NCBI GenBank assembly: GCA_040954595.2
Contig: CM082597.2
Coordinates: 8,452,343-8,516,342 of the forward strand
Length of the DNA: 64,000 nt
Source: Balanoglossus misakiensis
Taxonomy: Eukaryota; Animalia; Hemichordata
Direction of reading: 5' to 3'
Below the pieces are notes generated by a model. It made no database searches, was not told where the DNA came from, and saw only the letters and a list, made by a program, of their open reading frames with translations. The stretch's first letter is position 1, and each line of letters begins with the position of its first letter. Positions 13,336 through 26,300 of this stretch are shown here, one piece after another. The translations under genes and the position numbers were made by a program.

Positions 13336-14472
13336 GGTTGCGAGTTGTGCGGCTAATCTGCGATCAACCTGTATATTAAAAGCTTGATAAGTTATGCGTG
13401 TTTTGCAAAGAATTGTAACTACTGGTTGTGTGAGCCAAGCACCATGGAGACGCTATGCCTTTGGGTTGTTTGGAACTGGAACGTTGCTGCGTCAATTGCC
13501 CCGCCCCTACACCTTTCTCAAGATAACAAGGAGAGAGTCTTTGAGCATGTACACACACCAACTGCTGAAGGACATTAAAAGTGTACAGGGGACTTGAGAA
13601 ATTATTATGTTTTGTAAAGAATTGCAACCACCGCAGAGAGCATGGGATAAATGGAGACGCTATGTCGTGTTCTTTCATCTTTTTGTTAGCAGATACATCC
13701 TAGGGGTTGTTAGGGCCAACCAACTGGAACGTTACTGCGTCAATTGTCCCTACCGTCGAGATAACAAGAAGATAGTTAGTGTGCATGTGCACACGTTACC
13801 TGCTGAAGGGCACAATGAAAAATGTAAAGGGATGCATGTTTGAACAATTAAATTCGTTGGAAATTAAATTTGAAAACAGTATTGCAAATATCTAATGACA
13901 AGTTTCACTGGTCTATTGTTTAAATCAAGGAAATACGTACGTGTAAATATCAACTTTAATTCCTCAACTGTTTCACCCAACTAATGGAATTTCGGCTTAT
14001 TGTCCTGCAAATATACATTTATCTTGAGTGTACATGTGATATATATTTAATGTCTTGCCTTTCATGCATTGAGCACACCAATGATAATGCTACAATGCGG
14101 TTTCCCAAGGGTTAATCCTCCGGTTAGGGTCCCTGGAGTAGATCTTAAGAGAGTGGCTTTAATTTATTTATGGTCACATTTTTATTTTCAAATTCTGCAG
14201 TTCTAAAAATACAATTTGTAATATTCTACCGCCTCTCATGTCATCTGCATTTAACATTTACATTATTCAGATATTGAATGACTTCTGCTGCTGCGGGATA
14301 TGTTGCTGAAGACATATGCGAGTATGAATTCAGCACATCTGGTATACAAAAGTATCTGCAAAATCTACCCAAATACGACATACACCCCTCCTCAATATCG
14401 ACATTCCCAAAATCGATCGTCTCCCACTACGTGAGGAATGCAACATTTTTAAATGCTTTCGACGAATGTGGC

Positions 14473-14548
14473 GATGATCGTTAACGTCAAAGGGATTTCA
14501 CGACAACATTGTAACAATTTACGTCTCCTCAGGCAATCCACGATTGAC
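14473..14548 (-). pseudogene. Degenerate extra copy of exon 1 upstream of copy A
   Basis: Similar to exon 1 (..CCREIPLTLTII) but lacks the ATG and a splice donor. Confidence 0.55.
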
Positions 14549-14886
14549 AAATTTTGCATCTGACCCCAATCAATGACAATTCGGCAAATTGTCCCGCACT
14601 TATACATTTCCTTTGAGTGTACATGTGATATATATCCAATAACTTGTCTTTAGTGCATTGTCCACGTCAAAAATAATGCTACAATACGGATTCCCAGAGG
14701 TTAACCCATCGGTTAGGTTTCTGAGGTAGAATCTGAAAGAGTGGCTTTAATTTATTTATGCCGACATTTCTTATTCAAAATTCGCAATTCTAGAAATCCA
14801 ATTGTAAGATTTTATCGCCTCTCATGTCATCTACATTTCACATTTGCATTATTCAGATAATGAGTCACCAACAAACTTCCGCTGCG

Positions 14887-14958
14887 GAGAATTTTCTGGA
14901 GATATTTGAGAATTTTCTGGAGATATTTGAGAATTTTCTAGAGATTTTGAGAATTTTG
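14887..14958. repeat. About 21-bp minisatellite (gagaattttctggagatattt) x3.5
   Basis: Direct reading. Confidence 0.8.
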
Positions 14959-16003
14959 TAGTGATAATTCAGAGTTTTTTCTTAGTAATTTAAAATACTG
15001 ATAATAGTAGTGTAAGTTGTGATGTAAACCACCAACATATGGGTTTTCATCTGGGTTGGGAGGTTTGTCACACTATCTTTTGTTATTTTAAATTATTTAT
15101 ATGATGGCATTAGATAGGTTTATTAAGATGGCATAGTTTAGAAAGTTTATTTTTACACACATACATACACGCAAATTCGTCTGCATATGGTTCAACGTTG
15201 ATTACGGACTGTCATTACGATCAACGATTTCAAGACTCGTTGTAAACAACTGTGTAACATTATGATTGCAATTAACCTATGTACGGCTTATTAAGAAAAA
15301 CAAAAGAAGCTATCTAGAGGGCAGAACTTCAACTTGTCAATAATCATCCCATATTAGCTCCATTGAGATGCTAATGATGAGTATAAAAGGGACACCCAGC
15401 TTGAAATACGGGCAGTACAAATCAAGATCTGAGGTACTCACAACATCTGGCTATAGTGCAACAATGAAGTGATGATGTGGCAGACTACCATGTGCTGTTG
15501 AAATTGGTTCAATATACAAGGACATGCTCTACTTCAAGCGAACAGTGCTGGACTAACAGAAATTGCTGGACATCGCCGTGCCTTCGTGTTATGTCGCCTG
15601 AAGTTCTGTGAAAGCAACGTTGTGTCTACATCTCTACCAGAACTGACTTTCTACGACGGAGAAGACGCGCGCGAGCCATTGCAGTTTACCGGTAACGTTC
15701 GTACACACACACCTTAGAATAGGACTTAGCTAAATGCCATCACAGTTTATTTAATCTTTTATTGTTAATATTATAAGCTTCACTGCAGTTATTGAATTAT
15801 TTTCCTGTGACTAGCGCCAGTTAAATTTGTGCTTGGTGACTAGCTCGTGTAGAGTATATTTCATCATTGTCAAGTTTGCATTGCAAAGGTTATTGCATTT
15901 ATTACTCTTGTTTTCCCAAATTCACACAACCAGCACTAGGCTATACCAGATGCTCTGTGTGTTTTACCAATTATATGATTGATAGGCTGCACAGTGGCAG
16001 GAA

Positions 16004-16570
16004 TTGTGGTCGGATGTAAGTACAAATGAGAAAACAAACTATTACAGGAATTTCAAAACCGATTTAACACTCGAACTGTATATTTCATGTATTGATTTTT
16101 TCAAGTATCGCCGAGCCTTGGCAATATTTAGATGTGGAAGTCATCGACTAGAAATTGAAACTGGGCGTCAGAGACAAATAGACAAAATGTTGAGGATCTG
16201 TAAATTTTGCCAGAAGGATATAAAAGATGAATATCATTTTTTATTAGTATGCCCTTTCTGGGATTTTTTGAGGAAAAAGTACCTGCCATATGAATTTTAC
16301 AGGTCACCTTTCCTATACTCTTTAAAAACTTAAATGGAGACAAAAGATGTAAATCAAATCAAGAATTTAGCTTTACTTATCTTTCATGCGTTCAGAGTTA
16401 AAGAAGCAGAGTGAGCGTTAGAATTGGTTGTTTGTTTGTTTGTTTTTCTTTCCTCATGACATGTTATTATAATTCAGTCTTAGGACGGTGTCACTTGAGA
16501 GACTTCAATATTCTGTATTCATATAAGGGGCCGGAGGCCTACATTATGCAGAAATAAATTATATATTATA
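16004..16570 (+). mobile_element. 3' fragment of a non-LTR retrotransposon (RT C-terminal Cys/His motif, RTE-X/CR1-group like)
   Basis: FRCGSHRLEIETGR...RICKFC..DIKDEYHFLLVCP; ends with aataaa and a TA-rich tail. Confidence 0.75.
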
Positions 16571-18627
16571 AGTAGATTATTATCTAGAGTTTCACCCTAT
16601 AGAACCCAACAGAATGTTTATGTCAACATTAAAGGTACATGAGCTCCATTAAAGTTTTAAATAATCTCATATACTTTTAATTATGTCTAATAAATTATAT
16701 TTCATGATAATATATCAAGCTCAACACTTATTTATGACAAAATGACCAAATATTAAAGAAAAACGAAAATTCCTGCAATTTTTAAAAAAGTGCAATATTA
16801 CAATGAACAAGGAAAATATAATGTCTCAGCGGTGTACATATACTTCCATGAGCTCAAGTGGATGTGATCATGTGTTGCTTATGAAGTTTCATAACTGGAA
16901 TTGCAACATTTTCATTGTTTCTTGTATTTTCCGAAGGTGGCGGCCCTTTTCGCTTGCGGCAAAGCTTTATTATTTATCTGGTTAAAACTTGCCTATACAC
17001 TCATATTTAGGGTTTATAATGCTTGTGTATAGTTCACTGCCTTCATCTGCATGGACTAATAGTAGTACAGTTTGAAACAAAAATTATGATAATTATCCCA
17101 AAAGTTGGAGCTTACATGTATGTGCCTTTAAAGTTTAGGCGCTGCAACAGTTTAAGGGATTGTTACTTCTGTTCCTACATACTGCAGGACCACCTTCTGC
17201 TATCTCGTGGCGGAACAGTACAACTTTTGTTTCAATTATCCATTTACCGAAAGCAGCAAGTAATGGTCCATTATACATTTTGCTATTCTTAATGCGACTC
17301 TCTTACACGCGGATAAATGTATTTATACCATGCGTAACTATGCATGTGTCGACTTTCCATGTATCATGGCATATGTTGAATGTATACATTCCACAAAACT
17401 ATACACAGGTGGACAACTATGCAGGAAAGGCTGATGTCACAACTACTTACTTTTATCCTCGGAAATAACCCTTTGAACTTCACTGCAGTCTACATTGAAC
17501 CAACCAACATAACCAATTGTGCCACATCTGTATAACAAAGTATTGTTTAAGACTTGTACAATGATTACTGTACAGTGTCAATAGTGATCTCTACAGAATG
17601 CGGGTTGGTAATCCTGGCTTAGTTTTCCAAAATCATTCAATATAAAAACTCAAACTTGACATAGACAGTGTTCCAATTACTTTCTTACATCCACTTTCTT
17701 TCATGTTGTAAGGCACATGTTGGAATTGTAATGCAATCAGCGTTAGCTGTAAAGTATCATTCTCAGATTTTGCTTTGCAATATGCCAGATTAAGTTGATA
17801 AAATACCAGAAATAGTGCAAAAATACTGATTATTGTAACCTTTAAGATAAGAAACACGTGTTGCAACAAGCATACAAACATTTAACTGCTATCGTTTCTC
17901 CAATGTAATCTCGCAAGTTCTAACGCCTATGACATCTAGTTAAAGACATGAAAGAAATGGAAAAACATATACTGTTCTAGCAACGCGCAAAATAGCGTGA
18001 ACTAAGAGCGACTCACATTACATAAATACATGATCCGACTTCAAAAGTCCGGTTGGGCGCAAAACGCGTGTGTTCCAATATTAAACCGCCGGCTGTCTTG
18101 ACATTGCCATCTGCTGTGATGATAGCATCAATCCAGAAGAATGGCCACCGTGAAAGGAATTCACAGTAATGCTCAAATTTCCATTCAGTTGTGTCGGCTA
18201 GAAGACGTAATCCAAACTTTTCACATAGCTGGTATGCATCCACCATGCTTTTCTTGAGTGTGTTAGTTAAGTCGAAAGAAGCTGCAAATGAGATAAACGT
18301 AATTTATTTCCCTTAAAATCCTCTAAAGCTGCCATTTTTTTGCATTATTTTCATGATTTTATTTTCCAACTTAAATTGGTCCATCTAAATTAGCCTACTG
18401 ATAGGTATACATAAACACCTTATCGATGCCCGATTGTGACTGCATATTGCAATTTTGAACACGCCATGTATTAAACAGCTGCCGCACGGATTTAATCAGC
18501 CTCCATACAAACAGTACGCAGCTATCGTGGAATGCGTCGCCAAGAGATGACAAACTGATGCAATTGCAGGTAATACGGGATAATGGTGAAGATTTTACAG
18601 GATAGGGAATATATTTGAAGTGTTTTA

Positions 18628-19796
18628 GGGACCGTTCAGTTTTTACGGGCGGGGGGGGGGGGGGTGGCAAAATCCAGAGTGGGGGGGTCACTTAAATTTT
18701 TAAGTCCAAAAGGGGGGGGGGGTCATCTGTGTTTTTTAAAGGTTTAGGGGGGGGGGGTCACATACTATTGCCACCGAACTTTTACTTTTGAGTCCACAAA
18801 ATTGCAGTTTTGCGCCCTTTATTTTACACAATTTTCTCATGTGGGAGAGGGAAACCCCCTCCCACGCCCACCCCCTTCATTCTTCGCCACATTTCGTTTT
18901 TTGCTGGTTTTTCTAGTGTACCACGGCAGAGTGCCTGCCACCCCAAACCCACTGATGATAATATTTAACAAAATAAATACACAAAGGAGAATAATTGTTT
19001 AAACCATTTCGCAAAACTGATACTTTCGCGCTGCATCTTCTATATACTAGAAGTTTTATAAATGATGTCATGACGAAGATAACGCCAAATCTTCTAACTT
19101 TGAGTGGAGTGGCAAAAAGTAAAATTGGTCCTCCCAAACATTGAGATTATTTGCTTTTGAGTTCATAAAAATGCAACTTTGAGCTACATATTTTACAAAA
19201 TTTTCTTATGTGGGAGGGGGACACCCACCCCTCCATTCTTCGCCACATTTAATTTATTCGCTGGTTTGTCTAGTGTACCAGGGAAGACTTCTTGCCACCC
19301 CATCCCGATGCTTACTTTGAGTGGAGTGGCAAAATTTAAATTTGTCCTGCCCAACATTGAGTTAAATTGCTTTTGAGTTCATTAAAATGTACGTTTGAGA
19401 ACAGTATTGTACAACATTTACCCCCTCCCACGCCCACCCCCGCCACTTTTCTTGTTTTACCGATTCTAGCAACTATTGCATTGACTTGTCATTTTATTTT
19501 ATTCATATATTTCTTTATTGCAACGATATACTATTATATACTTCAATTACTTTTAAGAAATTTATAATTGAGGTGTGAGGAGCCTCATTCTCTTTATTGG
19601 ATACAGTGTACATAGGATCAGGACGGCGAATGTTTTCGGCGTGGGAGGGTGGGGGGTCATCATATTTTTGGGTCTGTCAAAGGGGGGGTCATCATTTTTT
19701 GGTGCTGGGTGAAGGGGGGGTCGGCCTGATTTTGAAAACCGATGACACAAACTTGCCGCCCCCCCCCCCCCCTGGCCGTAAAAACTTAACGGTCCC
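18628..19796. mobile_element. PIF/Harbinger-like non-autonomous element, TSD TTA
   Basis: GGGACCGTTCAGTTTTTACGG...CCGTAAAAACTTAACGGTCCC; TTA duplicated; empty site at about 11580-11595 in copy A. Confidence 0.85.
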
Positions 19797-20096
19797 TTAC
19801 TGCGGAAATAATGTGAAATTTGGCAGCTATAGAGGCTTTAAAATAAATGTCTATAATGATTTAGTGTCTCTAATTAAGTGATTATTTGTCGTCTGTATTT
19901 CAGAAAATGGCAAAATACACCGATAAGTATCTACATATATTTCATAAATAAACCAAATACATGTTGTATCAATTTAAGAAGGTGATTGTTTCATATACAT
20001 AAAGAGGCAAATGTTATAACAATACATAAATTACAAACGTGTCTTTCTACTTGAACAAACAAGGATAGGTCGATCATAAGGAAAAATATGAACTAA

Positions 20097-21513
20097 GGGA
20101 CCGTTCAGTTTTTACGGTCGGGGAGGGGGGCGGCAAAATCCAGGGGGGGGGTCACTTAAATTTTGAAGTCCTAAAATGGGGTGGGCATCTGTTTTTTTAA
20201 CGTTTAGGAGGGGTCACATACTTTTGCCACCGAACTTTTACTTTTGAGTCCACAAAATTGCAGTTTCGCGCCCTTTATTTTACAAAATTGTCTCATGTGG
20301 GAGGGGGACACCCCTTCCCACACCCATCCCCTTCATTCTCCGCCACATTTCGTTTTTTGATGGTTTGTCTAGTGTACCAGGGCAAGGTGCTTGCCACCCC
20401 AACCGCACTTATGATAATATTTAACAAAGTAAATACATAAAGGAGAATAATCGTTTAAACTATTTCGCATAACTGATACTTTCGCGCTGCATCTTCTATA
20501 CACTAGAAGTTTTATAAATGATGTCATGACGAAGATGACGTCAAATCTTCTAACTTTGAGTGGAGTGGCAAAAAGTAAAATTGGTCCTCCCAAACATTGA
20601 GATAATTTGCTTTTGAGTTCATAAAAATGCAACTTTGAGCTACATATTATACAAAATTTTCTTATGTGGGAGGGCGACACCCCCTCCCACACCCACCCCT
20701 CCAATCTTCGCCACATATCATTTAGTCGCTGGTTTGTCTAGTGTACCAGGGCAAACTACTTGCCACCCGATGCGTACTTTGAGTGGAGTGGCAAAAGTAA
20801 AATTGGTCCTCCCAAACATTGAGATAATTTGCTTTTGAGTTCATAAAAACGCAACTTTGAGCTACATATTTTACATATAAATTTTCTAATGTGGGAAGGG
20901 GACACCCCCTCCCACACCCACCCCCTCCATTCTTCGCCACATATCATTTATTCGCTGAATTGTCTAGTGTACCAGGGCAGACTTCTTGCTACCCCACCCC
21001 GATGCTTACTTTTAGTTGAGTGCCAAGATTTAAATTTGTCCTGCCTAACATTGAGTTAATTTGCTTTTGAGTTCATTAAAATGCAACTTTGAGCACCGTA
21101 TTTTACAAAATTTTCTTATGTGGGAGGGGGACACCCCCTCTTGCTTTCTCACGCCCATCCCCGCCACTTTTCTTGTTTTACCAATTCTAGCAACTATATT
21201 GTATTGTCTTATCATTTTAATTTGTCCATAGATTTATTTATTGCAACGATATACAATTATATATTTCAATTACTTTTAAGAAATTTATAATTGAGGTGTG
21301 AGGAGCCTCATTCCCTTTATTGCATACAGTGTACATAGGATCAGGACGGCGAATGTTTTCGGCGTGGTGGGGGGGGGTCATCATATTTTTGGGTCTGTCA
21401 AAAAGGGGGGGGGGGGTCATCATTTTTTGGTCCTGGGTGAAGCGGGGTCGGCCTGATTTTGAAAACCGATGACACAAACTTGCCGCCCCCAGCCGTAAAA
21501 ACAGAACGGTCCC
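20097..21513. mobile_element. PIF/Harbinger-like non-autonomous element, TSD TAA, with an internal repeat expansion
   Basis: Same TIRs; TAA duplicated; empty site gaactaagtgtc at about 11885-11896; extra internal unit of about 230 bp. Confidence 0.85.
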
Positions 21514-22730
21514 TAAGTGTCAAAGAATTAATTGAACTAGAACTTACTCGCATTTTCACACAGAGCTTCCACTTGAGGGCCGCAGGTGCCGTTCATGCTA
21601 CATCTAATATTTATCCATGCGCCATTCCTGGGAATTGAAACGTCAAGTAATTATATTTTATCTGCACTCATTAACGCCGATCAACCAGCAAACAACAATG
21701 GAGAATTCAATGATCTTAAATTGACAGACAAACGAGATAAATTTGTGAGATTGTTGTACCACATTTTGCAGAGACAGGTTTTTGTTCAACGGTAAAATGG
21801 ACATATCTCACAGTTATCGATTGAATTTTTCCCTAAGGATTTATAGTCGATTCTATTTTCCTATCACATGACGGATTCTGGCGAATCACAACACAGTATT
21901 AGCATGAGGTATATTATAATGTATACAAAAGTTTTCTGCAATTTGTCCTTAACGGTTGACTAAGATCATGGAGAATAAAGTCTGCATGATCTAAAATTGG
22001 CAGAAACTTAAATAAATCAGGGTTAGATTGGTGTAACACATTTTGTAGTGAAAGTTTGGTGTTCAACTGTACGGTAAACGATGAGATAAATCTGGACATA
22101 TCTCACAGTTACCGAATTGAATTTTTCCACAAAAGGAGACATGTGTACGCAATTACAAAAGACATCAAATTGTGATCCGAAGATATTGTCCATTGTAACA
22201 TCTGCATGTCTTTAAATTGTCAATAAACTCTGTCCCTACTAGATTTCCATTCTGAGATCGCGGGCTTCTGCGCATGACGCATGATGAATGCTTCAAGTTT
22301 AGCTATATTATAATGAGCACAAAAAACACACACTTTTTCAAATTTCAATATAGTTTCAAAACGCTCAACTCACTCCAGTGCGAGACACTCTCCATCATAC
22401 TCTGGCGAAAGTGTACCCCAGTTCTTGTGAGTCAAAATGTCCCCGTCTCTTGTGACTGCGCGTTCGTTGTCAATCAGACGAGCATCTATCCAGTATTTAG
22501 TGTATAGAAGAAAGACTCGTTCTTTTAAACTGTTTACTATAGCTGCGTGTTTTTCTTCGCTGTCATCTTTAACAAGGTGAAGACCTAATCGCTCACAAAA
22601 AATGTAGGCAGAAGGGTGATCCATCGGCCCGAAAACGAGGTAGTTGACGCAACCTGGAAATAAAATCGTTATTCTTATGACAGTCAGTTTAAAAAATCAC
22701 AAAATAATAAGATTCATGTGCTCCTGTTTT

Positions 22731-23254
22731 CAGGCCTAGGTAAGAAATACCAGCAAAGCGGCGAATCTACACAGTCCAGATGAAAAGAAAGGCTGTCAAG
22801 CAGCGAAATCGAGATAATTTAGCTCGCAAGGGGTTTGTCAAGCAGCAACACCTAGATACTCTAGCTGCAATTCCCGGGGTTTTTCCCGAAAGTCCGTGGG
22901 ATTTCTTTTCTATCTTCTTCAAAAGTATTGAGAGTTTAACAAAATCGTTTGGCACAACTATTTTTAAATGCACTAGTCCCAGAACGCGCAACTTCTTATT
23001 CCGAAATGTTGCTTTTAAACACATAATATCAGGAAAAACTGACAGTTAGCGAGTGTTTGTACTCCTGATCGCCATTTTGAAATCCAACGGAATTTCGGGA
23101 AAAACCCCGGGAATTGCAGCTAGACTATCTAGGTGTTGCTGCTTGACAAACCCCTTGCGCAGCTAAATTATCTCGATTTCGCTGCTTGACAGCCTTTCTT
23201 TCCATCTAGACGGTGTAGATTCGCCGCTTTGCTGACATTTCTTACCTAGGCCTG
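22731..23254. mobile_element. The same MITE at the corresponding site in copy B, with complete arms of about 170 bp
   Basis: CAGGCCTAGG...CCTAGGCCTG, GTTTT TSD; the internal spacer is inverted relative to 12796-13198. Confidence 0.85.
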
Positions 23255-23340
23255 GTTTTGAGGAATTAAAATGTCTTACCTGCTTGCTGCAGTTGTGTCA
23301 CCGACAGAATGACGAATGTAGCGATGAGCGTTAACTTTAA

Positions 23341-26300
23341 AGGTCCCATGTCATGCTTTGGAAAGTTTTCATTTTTCCACATCAAAAGCTCACCTAAGGT
23401 ACTTGTCTATGCATTGCCTATTGTGTCGGTTCCGAAAAATGTGCGCGAATGCCGGAATTTGCCCCCTTTTTTCATGCCTGTGATCAGGGAGCCACTTCGC
23501 ACTCGAGCCAAGCGAAGGTATTTGCATATGGACAAACAAGTACACTACGTCGTAGTAGTCCTGTTTCATAAGTCAGGTCCATGACATATGTACCGACATC
23601 TGTGATTGGTCCATCTGGTAATCTTAGGTCCACTTGAGGCACGGTGATTGGAGGGACCTTATGTGTTAGGTCTTATTATTATGTATTATTCACTAGACCT
23701 TGTAGGTTAGGTCTTATTACTATGTATTATTCACTTTACAGCTCCCTGATTGGTTAATGTGTAGGTCTGGTCCTCCAGTGTTCACTGCCTCATTATGCAG
23801 GACCTTGTAGGTTAGGTCTTATTAACATGCATTTATTCAATTTTCAGCTCCCTGATTGGTTAATGTGTAGGTCTCCAATTTTCACTGCCTCGTTATGCAA
23901 AGTCTTTTGTACTTTCTGAATACAGTTGTCGTATTCTGTCTGGCATGCTGCCTGCGCGTTGTCGAAGCTCGATCCCACTGTATAAAGAAAGGCACTCATA
24001 TAATGATTGGATTTAACCTTTCCTTCACTATTCATGGCATTTTTTTGTGATACTGTGAACTAGATACTCGAAATAAAAATTGCCAGGAGAATTTTTTTAT
24101 TTTATTTCCAGTGGCGGTTTGTTGAAATGGGCTAGTGTTTTGTTACGTAATGCTTTTCAGCGCATCACTTCGTGTAACACCTGGCTGAATACGAAGTGTG
24201 TGCTATTCATTCGAGCAAACCAAAAATATCTTACAATAGAAATGTTTAGAATAGCATTGCATTTCTTTAATTGGGATACCTCATTAGTTGCTTTACAGGT
24301 ATGATTACTTTTATTGTACTTCTTTCACGAAGCTGCACCGTCATAGTTCCATTTTTATGAAAACAATATACGAATGTATAAACGGACAACGTACTCCTTT
24401 TCACAACATCTACGTCAAAACAAATTTACTTTAAAATAGTAAAACAACAATAATAATATTGATGATGAGAAGTAGGAGGGTGATTTAAGAAAATATACAA
24501 CTGTTAGCAAAAATGCTTAGATGTGTTAATCAGATTTTCAAAGTCCATCTAAAAATCATTTAATCTTTCCAGGGTGCGGTTTATGTTGGAGATAGTATCA
24601 GTCAGGCTATTTCTCAGAAAATTAATGAATGATCTGCGGACATCCCGAATAATGTGTTACCACAACGCTAGCCAGGAAGCACATGGGACATTTCACAATG
24701 AGGCAGTGAACACTGGGAGACCAGACTGACATGTTAACCAATCAGGGAGCTGTATGGTGAATAAATACATATTAATATGACCTAACCTACAAGGTCCTGT
24801 ATTATGAGGCAGTGAACACATGGGGGACCAGACTGACACGTTAACCAATCAGGGAGCTGTAAAGCGAAAAATGCATAGTAATAAGACCTAACCTACAAGG
24901 TCTAGTGAATAATACATAATAATAAGACCTAACCTACAAGGTCCCTCCAATCAGCGTGCCGCAAGTGGACCTAAGAGAAGCGGATAAACCAATCAAAACA
25001 TGCAATACATGTGTATAGGACGTGTAATGTAGGTCATAGTAGTCCTGTTTCATAAGTCAGGTCCATGACATATGTACCGACATCTGTGATTGGTCTATCT
25101 GGTAATCTTAGGTCCACTTGCGGCACGCTGATTGGAGGGACCTTATGTGTTAGGTCTTATCATTATGTATTATTCACTAGACCTTGTAGGTTAGGTCTTA
25201 TTACTATGTATTATTCACTTTACAGCTCCCTGATTGGTTAATGTGTAGGTCTCCAGTTTTCACTGCCTCGTTATGCAAAGTCTTTTGTACTTTTTGAATA
25301 CTGTTGTCGTATTCTGTCTGGCATGCTACCTGCGCATGGTCGAAGCTCGCGATCGATCCCAGTGTATAAAGAAAGGCACTCGTATAATGATTGGATTTCA
25401 CCTTTACCTTTACTATTCATGGCATTTTATGTGATACTGTGAACTAGATACTCGAAATAAATATTGCCAGGAGAAATTTCGTATTTTATTTCCAGTGGCG
25501 GTTTGTTGAAATGGGCTAGTGTTTTGTTACGTAATGCCTTTCAGCGCATCACTTCGTGTAACACCTGGCTGAATACGAAGTGTGTGCTATTCATTCGAGC
25601 AAACCAAAAATATCTTACAATAGAAATGTTTAGAATAGCATTGCATTTCTTTGGGATACCTCATTAGTTGCTTTACAGGTATGATTACTTTTATTGTACT
25701 TCTTTCACGAAGCTGCACCGTCATAGTTCCATTTTTATGAAAACAATATAGAAATGTATAAACGGACAACGTGCTCCTTATCACAACATCTTCGTCAAAA
25801 CAAATTTACTTTAAAATAGTAATAACAACAATAATAAAATTGATGATGAGAAGTAGGAGGGTGATTAAAAAAATATACAACTTAGCTAAAATGCTTTAGA
25901 TGAGTTAATCAGATTTTCAAAGTCCACCTAAAAGATCATTTAATCTTTCCAGGGTGCGGTTTATGTTGGAGATAGTATCAGTCAGGCTATTTCTCAGAAA
26001 ATCAATGAACGATCTGCGGACACCCCGAATAATGTGTTACCACAACGCTAGCCAGGAAGCACATGGGACATTTCACAATGAGGCAGTGAACACTGGGGGG
26101 ACCAGACTGACACGTTAACCAATCAGGGAGCTGTATGGTGAATAAATACATATTAATAAGACCTAACCTACAAGGTCCTGCATAATGAGGCAGTGAACAC
26201 TGGAGGACCAGACCTACACATTAACCAATCAGGGAGCTGTAAAGTGAATAATGCATAGTAATAAGACCTAACCTACAAGGTCTGGTGAATAATACATAGT

